From Comamonadaceae bacterium (GTDB taxonomy: Bacteria; Pseudomonadota; Gammaproteobacteria; Burkholderiales; Burkholderiaceae_C), in NCBI GenBank assembly GCA_947371915.1, contig CANBRM010000002.1, positions 24,132 through 88,131 of the forward strand: a stretch of DNA of 64,000 bases, given 5' to 3'. Each line of letters opens with the position of its first letter. Within the stretch, counting starts at the first letter, position 1. The position numbers were made by a program, and so were the translations under genes. This document shows, piece after piece, positions 18,995 to 28,640 of the stretch. The notes beneath the pieces are model-generated. The model had not been told where the DNA came from, ran no database searches, and was given only the letters and a program-made list of their open reading frames with translations.

Positions 18995-19873
18995 TCAAAC
19001 TTTCTTGATCGCAGATTTACCAAACAGTCCAGCAGGCTTAACCGCCAAGACCAAGAGCAACAAGACCAAGCCGGGCACATCTTTGTAGCCGGTGGAAATG
19101 TAGAAACCTGTGGTGGTTTCGGCCACACCCAAAATGATGCCGCCCACGATGATGCCCATGCCGCTGGTCAAACCACCAATGATGGCAACCGCAAAGGCCT
19201 TCAAGCCCAGCACCGCACCCATGGTGGCGCCGGTCAAGGTCAAAGGCGCGATCAACACACCCGCGAACGAGGCGGTGAGTGAAGACAAGGCGTAAGAGAA
19301 GGTGATGACCAAACCGGTGTTGATGCCCATCAGCTTGGCGGCATCGCGGTCGTTGAAGGTCGCGACCACGGCTTTGCCGTAAATGGTCTTGCGGTTGAAA
19401 AACTCAACGGCCAACATCATCACCAAAGCGCCGGCGATGACCAACAGCTCCATGGGCAGCACGTTGGCGCCCAAGACTTTCATGGGCGCTTCAGGCAGCG
19501 GCGAGGGGAAGCGTAAATCGTCACGACCCCAAATGTTTTCAGCCACGTTCTTGAAGATGATGCCCAGCGCGATGGTGGACATGATCCAACCAAACTCGCT
19601 TTTAATTTTGATCGCCGGACGAACGCCAATGCGCTCGACCAAGGCACCTTGCACGAGGCCAAACAGGCCTACAACGGGCAATGCCAGCCAATAGTTAACA
19701 CCCAAGGTGTCGACCAAGGTCAGGCCCACCAAGGCTCCCAACATCAAGGCCTCACCTTGACCGAAGTTCAGGGTGTCGGAAGTGGCGAAGGTCAACTGGT
19801 AGCCAAACGCGATGACCGCGTAAATCATGCCCAGCGCTATGCCACTGTAGATAAGTTGCAGCAGAATTTCCAT
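18995..19873 (-). CDS. livH: Branched-chain amino acid-type ABC permease (LivH-like)
   Basis: LNFGQGE, KAFAVAIIGG, VKPAGLFG. Confidence 0.88.
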   Translation of the reverse strand: MEILLQLIYSGIALGMIYAVIAFGYQLTFATSDTLNFGQGEALMLGALVGLTLVDTLGVNYWLALPVVGLFGLVQGALVERIGVRPAIKIKSEFGWIMSTIALGIIFKNVAENIWGRDDLRFPSPLPEAPMKVLGANVLPMELLVIAGALVMMLAVEFFNRKTIYGKAVVATFNDRDAAKLMGINTGLVITFSYALSSLTASFAGVLIAPLTLTGATMGAVLGLKAFAVAIIGGLTSGMGIIVGGIILGVAETTTGFYISTGYKDVPGLVLLLLVLAVKPAGLFGKSAIKKV

Positions 19874-19904
19874 AAGTGCGCTCTGGTTTAAAAAATTTGA
19901 AAAT

Positions 19905-19950
19905 AAAAAAGCACCGTATCAGCCAAACGTTAATCAGCAGATACGGCGCT
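19905..19950 (-). terminator. Internal terminator/stabilising hairpin after the binding-protein gene
   Basis: AGCACCGTATC...GATACGGCGCT inverted repeat followed by a T-run on the minus strand. Confidence 0.6.
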
Positions 19951-19967
19951 CACGAGGAGCCTAAGAA

Positions 19968-21221
19968 TTACTTCTTGGCAGGCTCTTGCTTCGCAGCTTG
20001 CTTAGCGGGTTGCTTCGCCACTTTTTGACGGATGTCAGAACCCTTCTTGGCATCTTCTTCGTAGGCGTACACCACTTTGCTGCCCTTGACTTCACCGAAC
20101 ACCGGAATGTTGGCGGTGATGGCTTCGTGGTCGTCGTGTGTGAATGGCTTGTCATAAGTTGTCACAACGCCTTCCACTTTGGTCTGCAGGTTTTCCAAGG
20201 CTTCGCGAACCTTAGGACCTTCCGTGGTGCCCGCTTGCTTGATCGCAGCCGTCAACAGGTACACAGAGTCGTAACCTTGCGCAGCCGAGACGGGAGAGTC
20301 AATGCGGTTGTTCTTGGGCTTGAAGGTCTTCAAGTAGCTGTCGATGAAGGCTTTGCGCTTCATGGTGTTGGGCTCTTGAATGAAGGTTTGTGGCATACGA
20401 GCACCTTCACCGCCAGGGCCAGCATTGTCGATGAAGTTGGCCATGGACAAGGTCCAGCTGCCGATCATCGGAACTTTCCAACCCAGCTTGGTCATGCCGT
20501 TGGCGATTTGTGCCAACTCAGGGCCAATCGCGTAAGTCAAGATGGCTTCAGCGCCGGCTTCTTTGGCCTTGAGCAACTGAGCCGTCATGTCCACGTCTTT
20601 CACGTTGAACTTTTCAACGGCCACAGCCTTCACGCCTTTGGCGGTCAATGCTTTTTCCAAGTCGTCACGACCCAATTGACCGTAGTTGGTGGAGTCAGCC
20701 AAGATGGCCACTTTCTTGAAACCGCGGCGTGTGATCGCCTCTTCCACGATCATCGGCGCTTGGATGCTGTCGTGCGCGGCGTTGCGGAAGATGTAGTTGT
20801 CTGGGAACTCAGGGGCCTTGAACTGCTGCGTCACGATGGAGCCAGTGGCCACGTTGTTGAACACAGGAATCTTGGCTTCTTGGTAGAAGCGCTGCGAAGC
20901 CAAAGCCACACCGGTGTTGATGAAGCCCATGGTTGCCACGACTTGCTCTTTATTGATCAGCTCTTGAGCGATCTGCACGCCACGCTCGTTTTTGGCTTCG
21001 TCGTCACGCTCGATCAATTGGATCTGCTTGCCCAACACGCCACCGGCTTTGTTGATCTCTTGTGCAGCCAAGCGCACGCCATCGCGCATGCTCACACCCA
21101 TGGACGATGAACCACCGGTGTAAGGACCGGTCACGCCGATTTTGATGGTGTCAGCAGCAGTGGCCAAGCCAGCAGCAAACATCAACGATGCCAAGGCTGT
21201 CAATTTAAGGGTACGAATCAT
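19968..21221 (-). CDS. ABC substrate-binding protein (LivK/LivJ family)
   Basis: Signal peptide, IKIGVTGPYTG, EINKAGGVLGKQI; GGAGA RBS. Confidence 0.9.
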   Translation of the reverse strand: MIRTLKLTALASLMFAAGLATAADTIKIGVTGPYTGGSSSMGVSMRDGVRLAAQEINKAGGVLGKQIQLIERDDEAKNERGVQIAQELINKEQVVATMGFINTGVALASQRFYQEAKIPVFNNVATGSIVTQQFKAPEFPDNYIFRNAAHDSIQAPMIVEEAITRRGFKKVAILADSTNYGQLGRDDLEKALTAKGVKAVAVEKFNVKDVDMTAQLLKAKEAGAEAILTYAIGPELAQIANGMTKLGWKVPMIGSWTLSMANFIDNAGPGGEGARMPQTFIQEPNTMKRKAFIDSYLKTFKPKNNRIDSPVSAAQGYDSVYLLTAAIKQAGTTEGPKVREALENLQTKVEGVVTTYDKPFTHDDHEAITANIPVFGEVKGSKVVYAYEEDAKKGSDIRQKVAKQPAKQAAKQEPAKK

Positions 21222-21355
21222 GGTGTCTCCTCAGAAAAATTTGAAATGGATTCGGGGAAAAATACAGGCGCTATTTTCAGCGTCTAAGACAATCGAACGA
21301 CTCAGTGCTGATACGTAGAAATACGCGAAAGTCACTTGAGAGACTGGTGTAAACC

Positions 21356-22588
21356 CTAGTTTTTAGACGGTTTCACGTGGCCTGTGTGCTGTGCTCGGTA
21401 AATACCCGTAGCCCCCGAACACCAGTAACTTGTCGTGCAAGCGAGCGCCGCAAAGACCCCGACCTCGGCACCGAACAACTCCATCGCCATGAGCGTCGAG
21501 GCCAGTGGCGTGTTGGCGGCACCGGCAAACACAGCCACAAAACCTACCGCAGCCAGCAACGCAAACGGCACTTGCAGCAATGGTGCCAAGGCATTGCCCA
21601 AGGTGGCACCGATGTAAAACAAAGGCGTCACCTCGCCCCCTTTGAATCCTGTGCCCAGCGACACGATGGTGAACGCCATCTTGCCCAAGAAGTCTGTTGC
21701 GGGCAGCGGCTGCGTGAAAGCCTCTTGCATCACCGGAATGCCCAAACCGATGTAACGGTCTAAGCCAAACAGCAACACGGCACCGGCCACCACCACCCCA
21801 CCCAGCATCGGGCGCAAGGGGGCATAGGCCACACGCTGCTTCATCCAGCCACTCAGGGCATGGGTCCCGACGGCAAAGGTACGTCCCGTCAAACCAAATG
21901 CCACGCCGGCCAGACCCATGGCCAGCAGCAACCACGGGGTCATGTGGGGCACAGACCCTATGACGTAAGCCGTGTGCTGAACGCCCCACCACAGCCCCAC
22001 TTGATCAGCCACCACGGCCGCCATCACGCAGCTCAACAAGGCCTCGTAACGCATGCGGCCCGTTGCCAGCACTTCAAGGGCAAACACAGCCCCCGCCAAA
22101 GGCGTGCCAAACACGGAGGCAAAGCCCGCACTGATGCCCGCCATCAATACCAAGCGACGGTCTTCGTGTTTGAGTTTGAACAACTGCGTGAGCTGGTCTG
22201 CCAAAGCACCGCCCATTTGCACCGCCGTGCCTTCGCGCCCCACGGACGCGCCAAAAAGATGCGAGATCACCGTGCTGAGTAACACCAAAGGCGCCATGCG
22301 CAGGGGCACCACGCGTTTCGGGTCGTGAATCTCGTCGATCAACAGGTTGTTGCCCGCCTCCACCTGCCGGCCCACCTTGAGGTAGACCCAGCCCACCGCA
22401 AAGCCTGCGAAGGGCAAACCCCACAACAGCCAGCGGTTGGCCTCACGGGTGCGCGTGGCCCAGTCAAGGGCAAACAAGAAAAAGGCCGACGCCGAGCCGG
22501 CCAAAACCGCCACCACGATCGCCAACACCGTCCACTTGAGCAAGTGGGACAACAAGGCCGCATTGACGAAACGTGAGCGTGGGTTCAT
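21356..22588 (-). CDS. CLC-family protein, CLC-F fluoride/proton antiporter clade
   Basis: GNNLL, GREGT and GEVTP match the established CLC-F signatures rather than the chloride-type GSGIP/GREGP/GIFAP. Confidence 0.85.
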   Translation of the reverse strand: MNPRSRFVNAALLSHLLKWTVLAIVVAVLAGSASAFFLFALDWATRTREANRWLLWGLPFAGFAVGWVYLKVGRQVEAGNNLLIDEIHDPKRVVPLRMAPLVLLSTVISHLFGASVGREGTAVQMGGALADQLTQLFKLKHEDRRLVLMAGISAGFASVFGTPLAGAVFALEVLATGRMRYEALLSCVMAAVVADQVGLWWGVQHTAYVIGSVPHMTPWLLLAMGLAGVAFGLTGRTFAVGTHALSGWMKQRVAYAPLRPMLGGVVVAGAVLLFGLDRYIGLGIPVMQEAFTQPLPATDFLGKMAFTIVSLGTGFKGGEVTPLFYIGATLGNALAPLLQVPFALLAAVGFVAVFAGAANTPLASTLMAMELFGAEVGVFAALACTTSYWCSGATGIYRAQHTGHVKPSKN

Positions 22589-22649
22589 ACCGTCATTTTT
22601 ACCGAAGAACCCAAAGAGCCATTTGGCCCTTCGCGCCCAAAGCCGCCGC

Positions 22650-22964
22650 TCAGAGATCGAGCCTGAGCACCGCCGTTTTGCTGCGCGAGCAGCACGGCGT
22701 GAACTGGTCGTTGGCGTCTTGCTCGTCGCCGCTCAAATACATGTCGCGATGATCGGGCACACCGCCCACCACGCGCGTCAAGCACGTGCCGCAAATGCCT
22801 TGGCCGCAAGACATGGGCACATCGTGCCCGGCAGCTTCCAGCACTTCCAAGGCCGTTTGATCGGCACCCACTTCTAGGCGTTGACCCGACTTCACAAGTT
22901 CAAGGGTGAACACACCGTCACTGCCCACGGGCGTGTCGATGCCACCGTTCAAGTTATCGCTCAT
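22650..22964 (-). CDS. Stand-alone 2Fe-2S ferredoxin resembling the C-terminal domain of VanB/PDR reductases
   Basis: SCGQGICGTCLTRV..GVPDHRD..L...FTPCCSRSKT..LRLDL; only 104 aa; 4-bp overlap with vanA. Confidence 0.88.
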   Translation of the reverse strand: MSDNLNGGIDTPVGSDGVFTLELVKSGQRLEVGADQTALEVLEAAGHDVPMSCGQGICGTCLTRVVGGVPDHRDMYLSGDEQDANDQFTPCCSRSKTAVLRLDL

Positions 22965-24001
22965 GCTGTTGTTCCTGTGTTTTCCTTGGCCAAATGGCGG
23001 TCAATGACGCGGCGCGATTGCACGCCACCGGCATCGATGTTGAGCATCAACAAATTGCGCTCTGGGTACTTGCTCAAGTTGCGTTGCTGCGACTCCAGCA
23101 TCTCTAAATCTTCAGAAAAAATCTTGCCTTGGCCTTCGCGAATCATGGCGGTCAATTCAGCGTTCTCAGGCTGGAACTGACGGGCCATGCCCCAGAAATA
23201 ATGAATCGAAGTTTCGGTTTCAGGGGTGATGAAGTCCACCACCACGCTTGACGCTTTGTATTCTTGTGGCGCGTTGTAGCCGCCCTTGCCCGCATGGGCC
23301 ACGCCTACTTCAATCATCACGTGGCTGGGTGGCGTGAAGTGGCAAATCTGCCAGCGGTCCACGGGGACGTCATCGGCCAAGTTGTTGCTGCGAAGCGCCA
23401 TTTGCCAAAACGGTGGGGCTGAGATGTTCTCCATGAAGCGGCTGGTGATGACGTGGTCGCCCTCCACCTTGGTGGTGCACGGCACTTCGTCAATTTCTTT
23501 CTGGCCGATGCTGGTCGAGTGCACATAGGTTTCGTGCGTCAAGTCCATCAGGTTGTCGATCATCAACTGGTAGTTGCATTGGATGTGATACAGCCCACCG
23601 CCATACGCCCAAGCCGGGTTGTCGAAGAACTCAAACACGGGCATGGTGGCTTCGTCGGCCACAGCCACGTCGCCCGGCCACACCCAAATGAAGCCGTAGC
23701 GCTCCAACACCGCAAAGCTGCGAATGGCCGGAAAGCCGCGCACACGTTGGCCAGGCATGGCCACCGTCTTGCCATCACAACCCATCTCTAAGCCGTGGTA
23801 GCCACACACCAAGTTGCCGTTGCACACCTTACCGAGCGACAGAGGGGCCCCGCGGTGTGGACAAAAGTCCTCGAGCGCCGACACCTTGCCGCCTTCACCA
23901 CGGTAGAACACCATGGACTCGCCGCAGATGGTGCGGCCCAAAGGCTTGTCTTGCACATCGGCCGACGTGGCGGCCACATACCAAGTGTTTTTCAAAAACA
24001 T
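22961..24001 (-). CDS. vanA: Rieske non-heme iron oxygenase, vanillate O-demethylase VanA-like
   Basis: Rieske CPHRGAPLS...CGYHG; mononuclear Fe site DNLMDLTHETYVH; VDRWQIC, FITPET, IFSEDLEMLE. Confidence 0.85.
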   Translation of the reverse strand: MFLKNTWYVAATSADVQDKPLGRTICGESMVFYRGEGGKVSALEDFCPHRGAPLSLGKVCNGNLVCGYHGLEMGCDGKTVAMPGQRVRGFPAIRSFAVLERYGFIWVWPGDVAVADEATMPVFEFFDNPAWAYGGGLYHIQCNYQLMIDNLMDLTHETYVHSTSIGQKEIDEVPCTTKVEGDHVITSRFMENISAPPFWQMALRSNNLADDVPVDRWQICHFTPPSHVMIEVGVAHAGKGGYNAPQEYKASSVVVDFITPETETSIHYFWGMARQFQPENAELTAMIREGQGKIFSEDLEMLESQQRNLSKYPERNLLMLNIDAGGVQSRRVIDRHLAKENTGTTA

Positions 24002-24022
24002 ACGTGCTCTCTTTCTCGCTGT

Positions 24023-24760
24023 TCAATCGACGCGGGCCACACCCAAGAGGTGGTCCAGCAGTTCGGGTTGATCCAACAGCGCTTGCGCGTGGCCGCTGTG
24101 CACCACCGTGCCGTGGTCAAGCACCACCGCTTGGTGGCTGATTTTCAAAATGGCTTGTGGGTGCTGCTCGACGATGATGGCGCTCAAGCCCTCTTCGCGG
24201 GTAATGCGTGCAATCGCACGCAACAGCTCTTCCACAATGATCGGGGCCAAACCTTCCAAAGGTTCATCCAACAACAGCAAACGCGGGTTCAACACCAAGG
24301 CGCGGCCCACCGCCAACATTTGCTGCTCACCACCCGAGAGTTGGGTGCCCAAGTTGTCTTGGCGCTCGGCCAAGCGGGGGAATAACTCATACACGCGTTC
24401 GGGTGTCCAAGCGCGGTGCTGGCTGTGTCGCCCCTCGCGCGCAACAGCCGTGAGGTTTTCATGCACGGTGAGCGATTTGAAAATATTGCGTTCTTGCGGC
24501 ACCCAGCCAATGCCCGCGGCTGCACGGTCGTGCGGGGCCATGCGGTGCAGTGGCACACCGCCTAAGAAGATGCTGCCGCCGTGCTGCGTGGTCACACCCA
24601 CCAAGGTGTCCATCAGCGTGGTTTTACCGGTGCCATTGCGGCCGAGCAAAGCCAAAGTTTCGCCCTCGTTCACGCTGAGTGAAATGTCGTGCAACACCAC
24701 GGCTTCGCCATAGCCTGCGCTCAAACCGTCGATGCGCAATAGTTCCGTGGCTTTAGCCAT
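24023..24760 (-). CDS. ABC ATPase (LivF-like), aromatic acid uptake
   Basis: GRNGTGKTT, LSGGEQQMLA, LLDEPLEGLAP. Confidence 0.88.
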   Translation of the reverse strand: MAKATELLRIDGLSAGYGEAVVLHDISLSVNEGETLALLGRNGTGKTTLMDTLVGVTTQHGGSIFLGGVPLHRMAPHDRAAAGIGWVPQERNIFKSLTVHENLTAVAREGRHSQHRAWTPERVYELFPRLAERQDNLGTQLSGGEQQMLAVGRALVLNPRLLLLDEPLEGLAPIIVEELLRAIARITREEGLSAIIVEQHPQAILKISHQAVVLDHGTVVHSGHAQALLDQPELLDHLLGVARVD

Positions 24761-25559
24761 GGCTGGTCCCCAAATACACGGCTTTGACTTGCGGGTCATG
24801 CGCAATCTCTTGCGGCGTGCCCTCGGTCAACACCGCGCCGTTGACCAACACCGTGATCCGGTCGGCAAAGTTAAACACCAAGTCCATGTCGTGCTCAATC
24901 AGCACGATGGACACATCGCTGGGCAGGGCTGCCACGGTTTGCAGCAACTCATCGCGCTCACCAGCAGGCACGCCAGCCACGGGCTCGTCGAGCAACAACA
25001 CGCGGGGCTCGCAAGCCAAGGCAATCGCCATTTCTAACAAGCGGCGCTTGCCATAAGCCATGTGCTCGGTGCGCTGATGCATCACGTCGGTGAGGTGAAA
25101 CTGTTCCAGCAATGCTTCAGCCCGCTCGGTGATGGCCGCGCTGTGACCCAGTGGCTGCCACCAACGCGCGCCCTCGCCCCGGTGCTGCGTGACCACCATG
25201 GCCAAAGTTTCCAAGGGCGTGAGCGAGTTGAAAAGCTGGTTGATTTGAAAGGTGCGCACCATGCCGCGTGCCACCCGCTGATGCGGGGCCAAACGCGAAA
25301 TGTCCTCGCCCTGCAACACAATGCGGCCTTCGGTCGCGGGCAACACGCCTGTCATCAGGTTGATGAGCGTGGTTTTACCTGCGCCGTTGGGGCCGATTAG
25401 GGCGTGACGTGCGCCATGCGCGATGTTGAGGTTGACGTGGTCGGTAGCGGTGATGCCACCAAAACGCTTCACCAAGCCTTGCGTTTGCAAGGCATAACCA
25501 CGGAGGTTGGCGTTGGTATTTAAGGTTTCGTTATGTTTCATCGATGGCATCGCGCTCAT
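24753..25559 (-). CDS. ABC ATPase (LivG-like)
   Basis: [31 protein letters not shown]. Confidence 0.88.
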   Translation of the reverse strand: MSAMPSMKHNETLNTNANLRGYALQTQGLVKRFGGITATDHVNLNIAHGARHALIGPNGAGKTTLINLMTGVLPATEGRIVLQGEDISRLAPHQRVARGMVRTFQINQLFNSLTPLETLAMVVTQHRGEGARWWQPLGHSAAITERAEALLEQFHLTDVMHQRTEHMAYGKRRLLEMAIALACEPRVLLLDEPVAGVPAGERDELLQTVAALPSDVSIVLIEHDMDLVFNFADRITVLVNGAVLTEGTPQEIAHDPQVKAVYLGTSHG

Positions 25560-26533
25560 GACTGCCCCTCTTTGCGGGACGCCGCAGAAAACCAAGTCCA
25601 AGGGCGAATCAAGCGTTCACGCCCGACCAAAACCAGCACCACCAAAAACAGGCCCATCCAAAACGTCCAGTACTGCGGGGTGATGCTGGCAATCACGTCG
25701 TACATCAGCTTGAATGCCACTGCGCCAGCGATGCCACCATACAACCAACCCACACCACCGATGGCCAACATCAGCATGACATCAGCCGAGCGGTCCACCG
25801 AAAACACATCGAGCGATGCAAAGCCTGTGGTCTGCGCCATCAACGCGCCAGCCGCACCCGCAATGCCAGCGGCCACGGTGTAGACCACCGCCAATCGCGC
25901 GGTGACCGGAATGCCAATGGCCATGGCACGCAAACGGTTGTCACGCACAGCTTTCAAAGTAGCCCCCAAAGGCGCATGCACCAAGCGACGTGCCAAGACA
26001 AACAAAACCAGCAACACGGCTAAGGAGTACCAAGCCGAGGTTTGGCCCATCAAGTCAAACTCAAACTGTCCCAGCAACGGTCCCATCATGACGCCTTGCA
26101 AACCATCAGCGCCGCCCGTCAAGTCGCTGAACTTATTCGCCAACTCCAGCAAGATGAGCGCGGTGCCCAAGGTGACCATCAAACGCGTCAAATCACTGCC
26201 ACGCATGATGGACAGCGAACACACAGCCCCAAGCAAAGTGGCGGCCGCCATGCCCACGGCCAAGCCCAACAAAGGATCGGGATGGATGTGCTTGGCAAAC
26301 AAAGCCGCCGAGTACGCACCAAATCCTAAAAACGCCGCGTGCCCCAGCGACACAATGCCGGTGTAGCCCAGCACCAAATCCAGCGACACGGCAAACAAAG
26401 CCACGATGGCAATCTCGTTGATGATGAGCGCGTGCTGCGCCAGCACCCATGGCGAAGCAAATGCAAGTGCCCAAAAGAGCAACTCCAAGGGCTGCCAGCG
26501 CGCCGCGCGCAACAAAGAAGCGTGTGCGTTCAT
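25556..26533 (-). CDS. ABC permease (LivM-like)
   Basis: GYTGIVSLGHAAF, TGGADGL; multiple TM segments. Confidence 0.88.
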   Translation of the reverse strand: MNAHASLLRAARWQPLELLFWALAFASPWVLAQHALIINEIAIVALFAVSLDLVLGYTGIVSLGHAAFLGFGAYSAALFAKHIHPDPLLGLAVGMAAATLLGAVCSLSIMRGSDLTRLMVTLGTALILLELANKFSDLTGGADGLQGVMMGPLLGQFEFDLMGQTSAWYSLAVLLVLFVLARRLVHAPLGATLKAVRDNRLRAMAIGIPVTARLAVVYTVAAGIAGAAGALMAQTTGFASLDVFSVDRSADVMLMLAIGGVGWLYGGIAGAVAFKLMYDVIASITPQYWTFWMGLFLVVLVLVGRERLIRPWTWFSAASRKEGQS

Positions 26534-27408
26534 GACTTGCCTCCTTGGCGAACAAACAGGCCTTGGGGACGCCAAATCAAAATCGCAATCATCAAGGCGT
26601 AAACGATGAAAGCCCCCAATTTAGGGATGTAGTACTTGCCCGCCACATCGGCAATGCCCAGCAGCAACGCTGCCAGCAAAGGCCCCGTGATGGAGGTGGT
26701 GCCACCCACGGCGACCACAATCAAAAAATACACCATGAATTTCAAGGGAAAGGTCGGGTCCAAGCCCAGCACCTCAGCGCCCAAGGCACCGCCTAAACCT
26801 GCCAAGCCAGAGCCCACGGCAAAGGTGGCGGCAAACACCACGTTCACATTGATGCCCAAGCCTGAAGCCGCCCGTGCATCGTCCACACTGGCGCGCAAAC
26901 GACTGCCAAAACGCGTGGCCGACAACACATATTGCAGCGCCACCGTCAACGCCGCACACACCGCGATGATGAACAAGCGGTAATGGCCCATGCCCAACAC
27001 GAACGGCGTGTCGGCAAACAACTCGGTGCGTCCACGCAGCCAATCAGGCAGTTGCATGATTTGCTGCTGCGAGCCCATCAAGTAGTCGGCCGACGCCACG
27101 GCCATGAACGCTAAGCCGATGGAAAACAGCACTTGATCCAAATGCGGTTTTTTATACAAAGGCCGGTACAGCGTGCGCTCCAGCACCACACCCACGGCAG
27201 CCGAGGCCAAAAAGGCCAAGGGCAAACACACCAAAAACGGAACGCCGTGACGCTGCATCAGTGCCACGGTGACGTACCCCCCCAGCATGGCAAACGCGCC
27301 ATGCGCGAGGTTGATGAAGTTCATCAACCCCATGGTCACGCACAAGCCAACTGCCAGAATAAACAGCAGCATGCCGTACGCAACCCCATCAAACAACAGC
27401 GTGAGCAT
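26530..27408 (-). CDS. ABC permease (LivH-like)
   Basis: INLAHGAFAMLG, WRPQGLF. Confidence 0.88.
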   Translation of the reverse strand: MLTLLFDGVAYGMLLFILAVGLCVTMGLMNFINLAHGAFAMLGGYVTVALMQRHGVPFLVCLPLAFLASAAVGVVLERTLYRPLYKKPHLDQVLFSIGLAFMAVASADYLMGSQQQIMQLPDWLRGRTELFADTPFVLGMGHYRLFIIAVCAALTVALQYVLSATRFGSRLRASVDDARAASGLGINVNVVFAATFAVGSGLAGLGGALGAEVLGLDPTFPLKFMVYFLIVVAVGGTTSITGPLLAALLLGIADVAGKYYIPKLGAFIVYALMIAILIWRPQGLFVRQGGKS

Positions 27409-28574
27409 TACTTGGTCTTGCCTGGGTCTTTGACGTCAGTGAGGGTGCTGAACTCTTGGTTGAAGAGTTGACCGCCCACCTTCTCCACCTTGCGGATGTA
27501 AATGTTGTGCACCACATCGCGGGTTTGCGCGTCGATGAACATGGGGCCACGAGGGCTCTCGAACAACTGGCCTTTCATGGCATTGAGCAAGGCCTCGCCG
27601 TTGCCACCCTTGGTGGTCTTGGCGGCTTCGTAAATCACGCGCATGCCGTCGTAGCCGCCCACGGCCATGAAGTTGGGACGCAAGCCCGCATTGGCTTTTT
27701 CAAACGCAGCCACGAATTTTTTGTTCAGCGGCGAGTTATGTGAGGCCGAGTAATGGTGCGAAGTCACCACGCCATTGGCCACATCGCCCATGCTGTTCAA
27801 GATGTCGTCGTCGGTGATATCGCCCGTGCCAATCAACTTGATGCCTGCTTTGTCCATACCGCGCTCGGCAAATTGCTTCATCAAGGCTGCGCCCGCGCCC
27901 GAGGGCACAAACACAAACAAAGCATCGGGCTTCAAGTCACGCACTTTTTGCAAGAACGGGGCAAAGTCAGGATTGCGCATGGGCACACGCAGGGTGTCCA
28001 ACACTTGGCCACCGTTGAACAGCATGCGGTCTTTGAAAAACTTTTCAGCATCAATGCCAGGGCCGTAATCCGAAACCAAAGTCACCACTTTTTTGATGCC
28101 GTTGTTGGGGGCCCAATCGGCCATGGCCACCGCAGCTTGAGGCAGGGTGAAGCTGGTGCGCACCACGTAAGGCGACGCTTGCGTGATGCTGGATGTTGCA
28201 GCAGCCATCACCACCATCGGGGTTTTAGATTGCGTGGCCAGCGGGGCCGTTGCCAAAGCCAACGGCGTCAAGCCAAAACCGGCCAACACGTTGACCTTGT
28301 CGTTCACCACCAGCTCTTGGGCGATGCGTTTGGTGACGTCAGGGGCGCTGGTGTCGTCTTTGACAATGAGCTCCACTTTTTTGCCGCCTACGGTGTCGCC
28401 GTTTTGTGCCATGTACAGACGGGCGGCGGCTTCAATTTGCTTGCCCGTAGAGGCGAAGGGACCGGTCATGGGCAAGATCAAACCGATCTTGAAGGTGTCT
28501 TGCGCCAGCGCTGTGCCAGCATGTGCGGCCAACAAACCAAGCGCCACGGCGCTGAGGAAAAAACGTTTTTGCAT
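27408..28574 (-). CDS. ABC substrate-binding protein, probable aromatic acid ligand
   Basis: Signal peptide, KIGLILPMTG, ESPRGP; ligand inferred from operon context with vanA. Confidence 0.85.
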   Translation of the reverse strand: MQKRFFLSAVALGLLAAHAGTALAQDTFKIGLILPMTGPFASTGKQIEAAARLYMAQNGDTVGGKKVELIVKDDTSAPDVTKRIAQELVVNDKVNVLAGFGLTPLALATAPLATQSKTPMVVMAAATSSITQASPYVVRTSFTLPQAAVAMADWAPNNGIKKVVTLVSDYGPGIDAEKFFKDRMLFNGGQVLDTLRVPMRNPDFAPFLQKVRDLKPDALFVFVPSGAGAALMKQFAERGMDKAGIKLIGTGDITDDDILNSMGDVANGVVTSHHYSASHNSPLNKKFVAAFEKANAGLRPNFMAVGGYDGMRVIYEAAKTTKGGNGEALLNAMKGQLFESPRGPMFIDAQTRDVVHNIYIRKVEKVGGQLFNQEFSTLTDVKDPGKTK

Positions 28575-28640
28575 CAGGGTCTCCTTTGAGTGAAACGGGA
28601 ATCAGAAATCGGGGTTGAAGAATCGGAAAAAACTAAATCA

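Noticed and set aside
22589-22649. Possible fluoride riboswitch upstream of the CLC-F gene
   Set aside because: The conserved GATG...TGATG core and pseudoknot are not recognisable in the 61-bp gap.
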